NCBI GenBank assembly: GCA_012798565.1
Contig: JAAZMX010000040.1
Coordinates: 1 to 47,393 of the forward strand
Direction of reading: 5' to 3'
DNA length: 47,393 nucleotides
Origin: Candidatus Kuenenbacteria bacterium
Lineage (GTDB): Bacteria > Patescibacteriota > Patescibacteriia > UBA2196 > GWA2-42-15
This document shows positions 18,513-27,433 of the stretch, in pieces; position 1 is the first letter of the stretch, and each line of letters begins with the position of its first letter. A model generated the notes under the pieces. It was not told the DNA's origin and searched no databases. It saw only the letters and a list, made by a program, of their open reading frames with translations. Both the position numbers and the translations under genes were made by a program.

Positions 18513-18577
18513 AGCTGGTTAGAGCGGTCCGATGTACTTCGGACAGGTCGCTGGTCCGAGTCCAGCATTGCCCACCA
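18513..18577 (+). pseudogene. tRNA-like fragment (D-loop to CCA) with palindromic anticodon arm
   Basis: AGCTGGTTAGAGC + GTCCGA-TGTACT-TCGGAC + AGGTCGCTGGTCCGAGTCCAGC ATTGCCCACCA. Confidence 0.75.
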
Positions 18578-18607
18578 GAAAATTTAAATTATTTTTACCA
18601 ATTAACA

Positions 18608-18682
18608 GTGCGCCGTTCACATCGGCGGGGGTTGTGAAGATTGGGTATCTTCACAATGACTCAAGCCCAGTCGCGGGCACCC
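18608..18682 (+). pseudogene. tRNA-Val-derived fragment with extra hairpin
   Basis: exact copy of anticodon arm CGCCGTTCACATCGGCG, then TTGTGAAGAT-TGGGT-ATCTTCACAA hairpin and degenerate T-arm. Confidence 0.65.
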
Positions 18683-18708
18683 AAGTTTATTATCAAGTAA
18701 AAAATCTT

Positions 18709-19326
18709 ATGTCGTTTATTGAAAAACCCGAAGAAAAACCTAGTTTTGAGCCGGCCTCCAACCAAGAGAGCCTCACAGATCAAATCAAGGAGTTTATCTG
18801 GGAAACAATCAAAGTTGTTGTTTTCTCTCTAATCATTATTATTCCCGTCCGTTATTTTTTGATCCAGCCTTTTTATGTTAAAGGTGCTTCTATGGAGCCG
18901 AATTTTTTTGATCATGAATATCTTGTAATTGATGAAATTTCCTATCGGCTCGGCGAGATAAACCGGGGTGATGTTGTTGTTTTCCGTTATCCCAATGACC
19001 CCAGTCAATATTTTATCAAACGAATTATTGGCCTACCAGGCGAGACCGTCGCTATCAAAGATGGCAAAGTTTTTATTACCAACAGCACGCGTCTGGACGG
19101 TTTCTATTTGGACGAAAGCTCTTATCTTCCCAATACCTACACCCAAGGGGACAAAGAACTCAATCTTTCCGCCACCGAATACTTTGTTTTGGGTGATAAC
19201 CGCGATTCCTCTCTTGACTCGCGCATTTTCGGACCAATTGATCGCTCTTCCATTGTTGGTCGAGCCTGGGTCCGTGGCTGGCCTTTTAATCGACTTCAGG
19301 TTTTTTCTACCCCCGCTTATAATTAA
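18709..19326 (+). CDS. lepB: signal peptidase I
   Basis: GASMEPN, FIKRIIGLPGE, YFVLGDNRDSSLDSR; start moved to ATG 18709. Confidence 0.96.
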   Translation: MSFIEKPEEKPSFEPASNQESLTDQIKEFIWETIKVVVFSLIIIIPVRYFLIQPFYVKGASMEPNFFDHEYLVIDEISYRLGEINRGDVVVFRYPNDPSQYFIKRIIGLPGETVAIKDGKVFITNSTRLDGFYLDESSYLPNTYTQGDKELNLSATEYFVLGDNRDSSLDSRIFGPIDRSSIVGRAWVRGWPFNRLQVFSTPAYN

Positions 19327-19349
19327 TAATTTCCACAAATATTTTATTT

Positions 19350-20921
19350 ATGGCCAAAACAGTCAACAAACCAATTCAATTACTCAAAGGTTTTAAAGAC
19401 ATCCTGCCGGAACACCAGGCCTACTGGGATTATTTTTTGTATGAAGCAGAGCGTATCATTATCAACTATGGTTTCAAAAAAATTGATGTGCCGGTTTTAG
19501 AACAATCAGCCCTTTATTATAAGGGTACCGGCAAGCATACGGACATTGTCACCAAAGAGTTATATAGTTTTGAAGACAAGGGCGGAGAAAATGTCACTCT
19601 GCGGCCAGAGTTTACGCCCGGTGTTTGCCGCGCTTATATTGAGCATGGTATGTTCAACAAACCTCAGCCGGTCAAGCTTTATACTCATGGGCCTATTTTT
19701 CGTCATGATAACCCGCAATCTGGCCGCTACCGCCAATTCCACCAGTTGGATTTGGAGGTTATCGGCACTGACAGCCCGGTTATTGATGCTCAATTAGTGA
19801 TCATCGCTTATCGCATTTTAGAGGCTGTTGGCTTACCGCCCCTCGTGCACATCAACAGCATTGGTTGTCCCGAATGCCGTGCTGCCTATGTTGCCAAATT
19901 AAAACAATATTTATCTTCCGGCGGGCACAAGAAGCTCCTCTGTGAGACTTGTAAAGAGCGCTATGTCAAAAACCCCTTGCGCATTTTGGATTGCAAAGAA
20001 GAAGGTTGCCGCCAAGTACTCTCTGAGGCACCCCAGATTGTTGATTCTCTTTGTGATGACTGCCGCAAGCATTTCATGCAGGTTTTGGAATACCTGGACG
20101 ATATGGGCATTGAATACACCCTAGACGTTCAGTTAGTTCGCGGTTTGGATTATTATACTCGCACTACCTTTGAAATTTTTCTGAAAGAAGAAGGAAATGA
20201 AACGCCGATCGCCCTCTTGGGCGGGGGACGTTTCGACGGACTTTTGGAAATTTTGGGTGGCCGGCCCACTCCCGCCGCTGGCTTGGCCATCGGTATTGAG
20301 CGCGTGATCAATAAGTTGCGCGAGCACCGGCCCGATCTTCAGGGCCAAGAAAATATTGATATTTTTGTGGCCCAGCTTGGAACTGAAGCACGCAAAGAAG
20401 GTTTTAAACTATATGAAAAGTTGATCAGTGAAGGCTTTCGAGTTAGTGAAAGCTTTTCCAAAGACGGTCTCAAGGCTCAGCTGGAAAAAGCCGATGCCCT
20501 GCATGCCAAATTCACCCTGATCATCGGCCAGAAAGAATTGATGGACCGCACGATTATCGTTCGCGATATGAGCTCTGGTATTCAGGAAATAGTCAATTAT
20601 GACAAGATTATTCCTGAGATCAAAAAGCGCCTGGATCCCAATATCAATACGATCAAAAGTTATCGTCTGGAGAGTATTAAAATCGGGGATAAAAAACATG
20701 ACGAAGCCCAGCCTGCCAGCTTGCTAGAACCGGTCGAACATCAGCCGCGCCATACCGACGACAACATCAATAATCACGAGGGTTTTTCTGATGCCGACTA
20801 TGATTTGGAAGATGATGAAGTTGAAGACGAGTTAGATGATGAAGAAGAAGAATCGGGTTTGGCTGAGGAAACGGAAGACTCGGATTATGATTATCAGTAT
20901 AGTTCCAAAGATGATCTCTAA
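19350..20921 (+). CDS. hisS: histidine--tRNA ligase with acidic C-terminal extension
   Basis: LRPEFT, GRYRQFHQ, LVRGLDYY, GGGRFDGL, GIER. Confidence 0.97.
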   Translation: MAKTVNKPIQLLKGFKDILPEHQAYWDYFLYEAERIIINYGFKKIDVPVLEQSALYYKGTGKHTDIVTKELYSFEDKGGENVTLRPEFTPGVCRAYIEHGMFNKPQPVKLYTHGPIFRHDNPQSGRYRQFHQLDLEVIGTDSPVIDAQLVIIAYRILEAVGLPPLVHINSIGCPECRAAYVAKLKQYLSSGGHKKLLCETCKERYVKNPLRILDCKEEGCRQVLSEAPQIVDSLCDDCRKHFMQVLEYLDDMGIEYTLDVQLVRGLDYYTRTTFEIFLKEEGNETPIALLGGGRFDGLLEILGGRPTPAAGLAIGIERVINKLREHRPDLQGQENIDIFVAQLGTEARKEGFKLYEKLISEGFRVSESFSKDGLKAQLEKADALHAKFTLIIGQKELMDRTIIVRDMSSGIQEIVNYDKIIPEIKKRLDPNINTIKSYRLESIKIGDKKHDEAQPASLLEPVEHQPRHTDDNINNHEGFSDADYDLEDDEVEDELDDEEEESGLAEETEDSDYDYQYSSKDDL

Positions 20922-22162
20922 TGAAAACTTTTTATCTTATTACTTTCGGGTGTAAATTAAATCAGGCGGAATCAGATATGATCTCCGCCGATTTAATTTC
21001 TCTTGGTTTGAAGCCAGCGTCTCAGCCGTTGGCCGATTTGATTATTGTCAACGCCTGCGCCGTCACAGCCAAGGCTGAGTTGGAAGTTACCAGAAAAATT
21101 CATCAGCTCCAAAAATTTCGCTCGCGCGCTAAAATAATTTTCACCGGCTGTTTTTCAATTCAAGAAATCCCCGGGGTTGATCTGGTTGTGCCCGGCAGTC
21201 AAAAAGAAAAAATAAAAAAGATTGTTGCCGCCTGGTTGCCGCCAGCTGTCAAATTGCCAACCGCCACCATTGCCCCCCAGTCCGGTACCCATCCCCACCG
21301 CGCTTTTATCAAAATCCAGACCGGTTGCCATAATTTTTGCTCCTACTGTCTGGTGCCATTTTTGCGCGGTTTGCCGGTTAGTCGTCCCGCCTCGCAGATT
21401 GTTACTGCTATAAAAAAATCCGTCGGGCAGGGCTTGCAAGAAGTGGTTTTGACCGGAGTCAATATTGGCTTGTACGAAACCCAAAACTCAATTAACAGCC
21501 CCAAAAATAATTCCCTATCCCTGGTTGAATTATTAAGATTAATTCTTTCCAAGACCGACATGCCACGTATCCGTCTGGGCTCACTCTGGCCCACGCACAT
21601 TACTCCGGGGTTGATTCGCCTCTATGCCAAGGAACCCCGTCTGTTGCCGCATTTTCACTTGAGCATTCAGTCTGGCTCCAATCGCATTTTAAAATTAATG
21701 AACCGCCGCTATACCCGAGAAGAAGTTATCAAAATCACCCGCGCTTGCCGGCGTCAGATTCCGGATGTCAATTTTACCTGTGATATCATCGTCGGTTTCC
21801 CGGGCGAAACCGAGAAAGATTTCCAAAATACTTGTGACTTAGTTAAAACCATCGGCTTTTCTAAAGTGCATATTTTCCAATTCTCCCCGCGTCCCAACAC
21901 CGGAGCAGCAGCAATGTCAGGCCAGATTCCGGGGTCAATCAAAAAGGCTAGATATCAAAGACTGTTTGCCCTGGCTGAAATAGTTGCCCGCCGCGAAAAA
22001 AATAAATTTAAAAATAAAAAACTCCCCGTGCTCTGGGAAGGGATTGCCGCTGGCTGGCAATATGGTTTTACCAGTAATTACTTGCGCGTCAAAAAGAAAG
22101 TTAAACCCGGGGAAAATTGGGAGAACCAGATAGAGGAATTCAGAATTAAAAATTTTATTTAA
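20921..22162 (+). CDS. mtaB: tRNA methylthiotransferase, MtaB-like radical SAM
   Basis: TFGCKLNQAE, NACAVT, GCHNFCSYC, DIIVGFPGET, G.TSNY. Confidence 0.85.
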   Translation: MKTFYLITFGCKLNQAESDMISADLISLGLKPASQPLADLIIVNACAVTAKAELEVTRKIHQLQKFRSRAKIIFTGCFSIQEIPGVDLVVPGSQKEKIKKIVAAWLPPAVKLPTATIAPQSGTHPHRAFIKIQTGCHNFCSYCLVPFLRGLPVSRPASQIVTAIKKSVGQGLQEVVLTGVNIGLYETQNSINSPKNNSLSLVELLRLILSKTDMPRIRLGSLWPTHITPGLIRLYAKEPRLLPHFHLSIQSGSNRILKLMNRRYTREEVIKITRACRRQIPDVNFTCDIIVGFPGETEKDFQNTCDLVKTIGFSKVHIFQFSPRPNTGAAAMSGQIPGSIKKARYQRLFALAEIVARREKNKFKNKKLPVLWEGIAAGWQYGFTSNYLRVKKKVKPGENWENQIEEFRIKNFI

Positions 22163-22190
22163 AAAGCGACACCCGAGAGTGCCGTTTTTT
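22161..22190. terminator. terminator between convergent mtaB and murD
   Basis: CGACAC/GTGCCG stem flanked by A and T runs. Confidence 0.55.
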
Positions 22191-22258
22191 ATAGACGTTG
22201 GTTCGTCAAACCGAGGCGACAAAATCACCCCATTTAGCTTCCACCCTGTCCATATCCT

Positions 22259-23608
22259 TTAAATTATTTTTTTATTTTCTTTTATCAGCTTCTTGTATTC
22301 CTTCCCTTTCTCTCGGTAATCCGAATAAAAATCATAACTAGACGCGGCTGGCGAGAGGGCTACTGCTTCTCCCGGTTTGGTATATTTAAACGCCGCCGCG
22401 ACCGTCTGCCGCATATTTTTCACCGGGATAATTTTTGCCGCCGTTTTTATTCTCCTCAGTTCCCGCGCCATGGTTTCGCCAGTATGTGGCCAGCAGATCA
22501 CTGTTCGGATTTTTGCTTTTTTGATTTCTCTTGCCAAGTTAGCATAATTCAATCCTCGATCAAAACCGCCAACGATTAGTGTTTGCAAGTTTTTGTCCCG
22601 TAAAGTCTTAACCGCCGCAAGCGTTGACTCTGGCGTGGTAGAAAGCACATCATTATAAAAGTTTATTCCGTGGAATTTTCCCACCAACTCCAGCCGATGT
22701 TCCAATGACTGAAATTTCGCAAGCGCTTTTTTAATGTCGGCATCCCCGATTTTCCAATACTTAGCCACGGCCATTGCGCCAGCGATATTTTGTTGATTGT
22801 GTTCCCCGAGCAGATGCGAGATTGCCACGTCGCCTCGCAGTAGCGAGCCTCCTCGCAATGACAGGGAAGGATAACCAATCGCTTTGGTGGCTGATTGTTT
22901 TTTGATAAAGTCAGCCACTCGTTTAAAATTTTGATTATAAACTACTGCCCCGCCTTTTTTCAAATGTCGAACAATATTCATCTTGGCTTGAAAGTAATTG
23001 GTGAGACTGCCATGATAATTCAAATGTTCCGGATAAAAGCTGGTCATCACCGCCATGTCCAATTTTTCTGTCAAAGTATCCAATTGGTAAGAAGATAATT
23101 CAGCTACGAAAATTGTCTGTTTGGAATCTTTATTAATATAGTCCAAAAACGGTTTGCCAATATTGCCAACCAAGACAGTCTTTTTGCCGGCCTGCTTCAA
23201 TATCTCATAAATCAAACTAGCCGTGGTGCTCTTGCCCTTGGTACCGGTCACGCCGACCACCCGGCCTTGGAGATTGGCGAGGAAAATATTCAAATTAGTA
23301 GTCACCCATGTTCCTTGCTGAGCCAGTTTTTTAGTTAGCTTGTCCGGCAGTTTGATACCTGATGTTTTGATGATGACCTCAAATTGCTCCAGATTTTTCA
23401 GATAATTCTGGCCCAAATTCAAGACCAGATTCTTGTCTTTTTTGAGCCAGTTTCTTTCCGTCGGGCCGAACTGCGCCAAGGTATTCTGATCAGCCACGCC
23501 AATCAATTGTTTCGGATAATATTTTCGCAAATATCGTAAAGACGATTGGCCTTCCCGGCCAAAGCCCAAGATTAAGATTTTTTTATTTTTGAGTTCTCCA
23601 GTTTTCAT
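22259..23608 (-). CDS. murD: UDP-MurNAc-L-Ala--glutamate ligase (possibly MurD2 type)
   Basis: GFGREG, TGTKGKSTT, GNIG, ELSSYQL, EHRLE, YND..ST, LSPAASSYD; near murL. Confidence 0.9.
   Translation of the reverse strand: MKTGELKNKKILILGFGREGQSSLRYLRKYYPKQLIGVADQNTLAQFGPTERNWLKKDKNLVLNLGQNYLKNLEQFEVIIKTSGIKLPDKLTKKLAQQGTWVTTNLNIFLANLQGRVVGVTGTKGKSTTASLIYEILKQAGKKTVLVGNIGKPFLDYINKDSKQTIFVAELSSYQLDTLTEKLDMAVMTSFYPEHLNYHGSLTNYFQAKMNIVRHLKKGGAVVYNQNFKRVADFIKKQSATKAIGYPSLSLRGGSLLRGDVAISHLLGEHNQQNIAGAMAVAKYWKIGDADIKKALAKFQSLEHRLELVGKFHGINFYNDVLSTTPESTLAAVKTLRDKNLQTLIVGGFDRGLNYANLAREIKKAKIRTVICWPHTGETMARELRRIKTAAKIIPVKNMRQTVAAAFKYTKPGEAVALSPAASSYDFYSDYREKGKEYKKLIKENKKII
22818..22863. repeat. REP/RPE-like palindrome in frame inside murD
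   Basis: minus strand TGTCATTGCGAGGAGG-CTCGCTACTGCGAG-GCGACGTGGCAATCTC encoding SLRGGSLLRGDVAIS. Confidence 0.75.
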
Positions 23609-23614
23609 ATTCCC

Positions 23615-23643
23615 AGCTTAACAAAAATACCGGCCAAAGTAAA
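23615..23643 (-). promoter_or_regulatory. promoter giving probable leaderless murD mRNA
   Basis: TTTACT-N17-TAAGCT (TG extended), 6 nt before ATG. Confidence 0.5.
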
Positions 23644-23663
23644 ATTATGGCAGAAAAAAAGAA

Positions 23664-23689
23664 AAGCCGTCAGTTGTTACTAACGGCTT
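23664..23689 (-). terminator. intrinsic terminator
   Basis: AAGCCGTTAG..CTGACGGCTT then T-run on minus strand. Confidence 0.6.
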
Positions 23690-23955
23690 CATTTCGGCCA
23701 TAAAGAAATAAGGCTGACCATCAGGGCTACGGCGATGAAGATTATGAGACGGATATTGAAGTCCCTATCTCTCAATCTTCTATCCATAAACCAAGGTGAC
23801 CGCTCTCTGATCGCGGCTGTAGCAATCAACGCGCAGGCATTCAGCCCGACTATCACCCACTTCCAGTCGGATTGCAAATTCATTGCCAAACTCAATCCGA
23901 TCAATGCCCCGGCCATCGCCCCTAACCGCAACATTCCCAACAGGAATTTTCTCAC
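23689..23955 (-). CDS. small 3-TM hypothetical protein
   Basis: hydrophobic ORF, SD AGGAG before GTG. Confidence 0.65.
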   Translation of the reverse strand: MRKFLLGMLRLGAMAGALIGLSLAMNLQSDWKWVIVGLNACALIATAAIRERSPWFMDRRLRDRDFNIRLIIFIAVALMVSLISLWPK

Positions 23956-23971
23956 TTTTTACTCCTATCTC

Positions 23972-25192
23972 CTATATAATATTCAATTTATTTATTTCCT
24001 CTCCAAAATTTTCCTTGGCCAGCTTCAGCGCTCTTTTCATCTCCGCCGGCGTACCCACGCATTCAAACGGCTTGATATTTTTTTGGCCCAGCAATTCTTG
24101 AAAGAGTGGTTTTAGTTTCCGGTCAGCATACAGGTTTTTGTTAAAAATATCAAGTAGCTGTTTTTTTTGTAAATGAGCCGAGAGCATCGTCCAGACAAAA
24201 ACGCACTTGGCGCATTCGCCGCACCACTTGCTTTGGGCTTTGGCTGTAAATCTGAAATTTTTATTGCAGGAAGAAAATTTATAAAAATACTGGGGATAAT
24301 GAACAAACATGCCGGCGATTTGCAGTTCGTTAAATTTTCTGAGCTCGCTATAATACCTGATACTCGGGGTGATAAATTTTCGCGCGTAAGCTTGAAACAT
24401 TTTTTCAAATTCTAAAGATTTACTCCACTGGTGATTGATTATTGTACCGCGATATTTGACATTGCCATAATTGGCGCTCTTTTCATTGCCGAGCGCTATT
24501 TCCTTATCCTCATTAATAATCGCCACGGCCAAAGTCAAAAATGCCAGATAGGCGGAAAAGGGGATATGGCCGTTGTAGACACCTTTTTTCTGGTTGAGTG
24601 CTATTAACTCCGGCGCGATTTGCCGCCGGACAGCGATCAGTTTTTCACCGCTAACCTGGGCTGTGTCAATGATAATCTGGTTAGTTTTTTGTTGATTAGT
24701 TAAGTTAAACAAACTAATTTTTTTGCCGCGTGCTTTCAATCTCTCTGCCACGACAATAGAATCTTTACCCCCGCCGATTGGCACCAAAGATTCATTCCGC
24801 GCTTTAATCTTAATAGCCTTTACTTTGTGATTTTTGTCATAGGGAAAATTCACCAAGCCGCGAAAATCGAGTTTATTTTGATAAAAGAATTCTCCCAGAC
24901 CTTTGGTATAAACCTTATCCCAAAAAGTCGCTTGTTCTTTGTTTAGTTTATATTTACCCAAATCAATTACTCGTGGGCAATAAGCTTTATAATAACTGAT
25001 ACCCGCCATTAAAAATAAATTAAATAGCGCCGAATCCAAAGCAGCCCACTGGTTTTTGCTTAATTTATTTTTGACCGCCGGCAAGACCAGTTTCTCCCGA
25101 AGGCGATGTTCGCCACTGGCATAATCAAACAACGCAACCCCAGTCTTGGGGTTGAATTGATATTTTTTAAATTGAAAAGTCTTTTCTGTCAT
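23972..25192 (-). CDS. murL: UDP-MurNAc-L-Ala-L-Glu epimerase MurL
   Basis: GISYYKA, GLGEFFY.N, GGGKDS, NGHIPFSA, NEKSAN, NHQWSKS, FSSCN, WCGECAKC. Confidence 0.88.
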   Translation of the reverse strand: MTEKTFQFKKYQFNPKTGVALFDYASGEHRLREKLVLPAVKNKLSKNQWAALDSALFNLFLMAGISYYKAYCPRVIDLGKYKLNKEQATFWDKVYTKGLGEFFYQNKLDFRGLVNFPYDKNHKVKAIKIKARNESLVPIGGGKDSIVVAERLKARGKKISLFNLTNQQKTNQIIIDTAQVSGEKLIAVRRQIAPELIALNQKKGVYNGHIPFSAYLAFLTLAVAIINEDKEIALGNEKSANYGNVKYRGTIINHQWSKSLEFEKMFQAYARKFITPSIRYYSELRKFNELQIAGMFVHYPQYFYKFSSCNKNFRFTAKAQSKWCGECAKCVFVWTMLSAHLQKKQLLDIFNKNLYADRKLKPLFQELLGQKNIKPFECVGTPAEMKRALKLAKENFGEEINKLNII

Positions 25193-25203
25193 GAGGTTAT
25201 TTT

Positions 25204-25989
25204 TTATTTCAAAAGTTTCAAAAGTTGGGAATGTATTTTGCCATTGGTCACCACGATATGGCTGGCATCATGCCCATGAAACTTGCCATCCAAGCCGGTT
25301 ATTTTTGCCCCCGCTTCCTTGGCGATCGCCAGTCCAGCGCCGATATCTTTTATTGGCTGCCGGCCTGTCAGATCTAGATAAGCGTCCAGATGACCCTGAG
25401 CCAAAAAACACAGAGACAACGAGCCAGAACCCAAAACTCGGAAACGATAAAAATTATTAGCAATAGCGTTCAATCGTCTCAGAGCATTGGCTCTCTCTCT
25501 TTCATTCAGTTGGTTGAATTTAGTGGCATCAATACTCGCCATTGCCTCTGCCAAGCTCTTGATATTGGCCACCCGAATCCTTTTTTTATTCATAAATGAT
25601 CCCCCGCCTATTTCCGCCCGCCATAGATCGTCTGTGCCGGGATTATATACCACGCCGAGCATTGGCTGGCCCTTGCGCCACAAGCCGATGGAAACAGTGA
25701 AAAGTTTTATACCTGCCACAAAATATTTGGTGCCATCAATCGGGTCGATCATCCAGGTATACTCCGAGCCCTTATCTATATTTTCTCCTTCTTCTCTGAT
25801 GATATTATGGCCGGGAAACTTTTTTTGGATCGCCGCTACGATCAACTCTTCCACTTCAATATCCACATTGGTAGTGATATCGCGCAAATTTTGGGAGCTC
25901 GTCATTTTTTGTATGTGATTCATCCCCGCGATCGCTTTTTTGCCCGCTTTCCTGGCCAGATCAATTGTAAAACGCAATTCTTTTGTCAT
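25204..25989 (-). CDS. inositol monophosphatase family protein
   Basis: EE, WMIDPIDGT, GSGSLSLCFLAQG, DIGAG..I..EAG. Confidence 0.92.
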   Translation of the reverse strand: MTKELRFTIDLARKAGKKAIAGMNHIQKMTSSQNLRDITTNVDIEVEELIVAAIQKKFPGHNIIREEGENIDKGSEYTWMIDPIDGTKYFVAGIKLFTVSIGLWRKGQPMLGVVYNPGTDDLWRAEIGGGSFMNKKRIRVANIKSLAEAMASIDATKFNQLNERERANALRRLNAIANNFYRFRVLGSGSLSLCFLAQGHLDAYLDLTGRQPIKDIGAGLAIAKEAGAKITGLDGKFHGHDASHIVVTNGKIHSQLLKLLK

Positions 25990-26000
25990 ATGATCAAAAT

Positions 26001-27428
26001 TTATTCTGGCTGTTTGACGCCGCTGTCATTGACATACTGGCAGCCAGTTTCTTTCAATAAATTGATGAGCTCATTTTGTTTCTCGATCAATAGTTTCACC
26101 TCATTGGCCTCGGCCGTAAAACGGATCACGGGGTCGTTGGCCGAGGGACGAATGTTGAAATTCCAATCAGGATATTTGACGGTCAGGGTGTCAAAATCAG
26201 AAACCTCGCCATCAGCGTATTTTTCCCGCACTTTGTCCAACACCTCATTCATCGCCTGGATCGCTTCCGGGGTCAGATCATCAGTCGCCGCAAAACCCGG
26301 CAAAGAAAAATTCCACTCTCCGCTCACTGGATATTTTTTTCTAGGCTCCTTGGTTAATTCTTCCAGGGTCTTGCCGGTTTCCGACATTATTTGCAATATC
26401 TGGATGAACGCAATCAGGCTGTTCTCCACATAGTAATCGCCAAAACTATAATAAACATGTCCTGATGATTCTCCGGCAAAGATTGCGTTGTCTCGACGCA
26501 TGCCCTTTTTGATAAAAGCGTGCCCGACCAATTCCAATTTTGGTACGCCGCCGGCGGCCTTGACTTTCATCTCTTGATAACGATAGGCTCGGATATCATA
26601 GAGCACCACCCGTCCGGGATTATTTTTGAGCATTCTCTCAGCAATGAGGGCGTTGAGATAGACGCCAAAAATGTAATCGCCATTACCATCGACAAAATAC
26701 ACCCTATCCGCGTCGCCATCAAAGGCCATACCCAGATCGGCCTTGGTTTCTTTGACTTTCGCCACCAACTGGCGGCGGTTTTCTTCCAAAAAAGGATTTG
26801 GTTGGTGTCCGGGGAAATATCCGTCTAATTCCCAATTCAATTTGATGATTTCTACCTGCGGCAAATGTTTCGCGATTTTATCTATTTCGATCGCTCCGAC
26901 TGAATTGGAAGCATCAATGACTATTTTCATCGGTCGGATATCTTTGAGCTCGGTGAATTTTAAAACTGTCTCGATAAAGTCCGGCCAAATATCTCGCTGT
27001 TCCAAAGTTCCGATCTGCTCCGCCACCGGCTGATCCTGGTAATTTAGAAAATCATTCTTTAATTCTTCCATCCCACACCCCGCGCCAAATGGTCGCGCGC
27101 CCGGCCCTAGGATTTTGATCCCGCTTAGGTGTCCGGCCGAATGAGACGCCGTCACCTCGAGACCCAGATCATAGCCCAGATGTCCGACGCAAAAATATAC
27201 CACATCGGTGCCAGCATGACCAATATCCGTCACGTTGACGCCGGAATCCCTGGCGCCCCTGATCAGAGCCTGTTGAATTTTTGGGCTGGCGAGACTCACA
27301 TCTCGGCCGATCACCATCGTTTTGACATTAAATGTCTTGACCAATATTCGGACGATCTTGTAGGCTTTTTCATCGTCAATATCTTTGCCGTATTCGCCCC
27401 GAATATCATAAGCGCGGAAAATTTCCAT
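26001..27428 (-). CDS. phosphomannomutase/phosphoglucomutase
   Basis: FRAYDIRG, TASH, FDGDADR, GESSGH, IRPS. Confidence 0.92.
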   Translation of the reverse strand: MEIFRAYDIRGEYGKDIDDEKAYKIVRILVKTFNVKTMVIGRDVSLASPKIQQALIRGARDSGVNVTDIGHAGTDVVYFCVGHLGYDLGLEVTASHSAGHLSGIKILGPGARPFGAGCGMEELKNDFLNYQDQPVAEQIGTLEQRDIWPDFIETVLKFTELKDIRPMKIVIDASNSVGAIEIDKIAKHLPQVEIIKLNWELDGYFPGHQPNPFLEENRRQLVAKVKETKADLGMAFDGDADRVYFVDGNGDYIFGVYLNALIAERMLKNNPGRVVLYDIRAYRYQEMKVKAAGGVPKLELVGHAFIKKGMRRDNAIFAGESSGHVYYSFGDYYVENSLIAFIQILQIMSETGKTLEELTKEPRKKYPVSGEWNFSLPGFAATDDLTPEAIQAMNEVLDKVREKYADGEVSDFDTLTVKYPDWNFNIRPSANDPVIRFTAEANEVKLLIEKQNELINLLKETGCQYVNDSGVKQPE

Positions 27429-27433
27429 ATCTA

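Noticed and set aside
18432..18682. Prophage/ICE attachment site at tRNA-Val
   Set aside because: No integrase or cargo; duplications involve D and anticodon arms rather than an exact 3' end
18532..18708. Long N-terminal extension of lepB
   Set aside because: Runs through tRNA-like fragments; ATG 18709 gives a normal LepB
21478..21518. Possible heptamer insert in mtaB (TQNSINSPKNNS)
   Set aside because: Periodicity too weak to call
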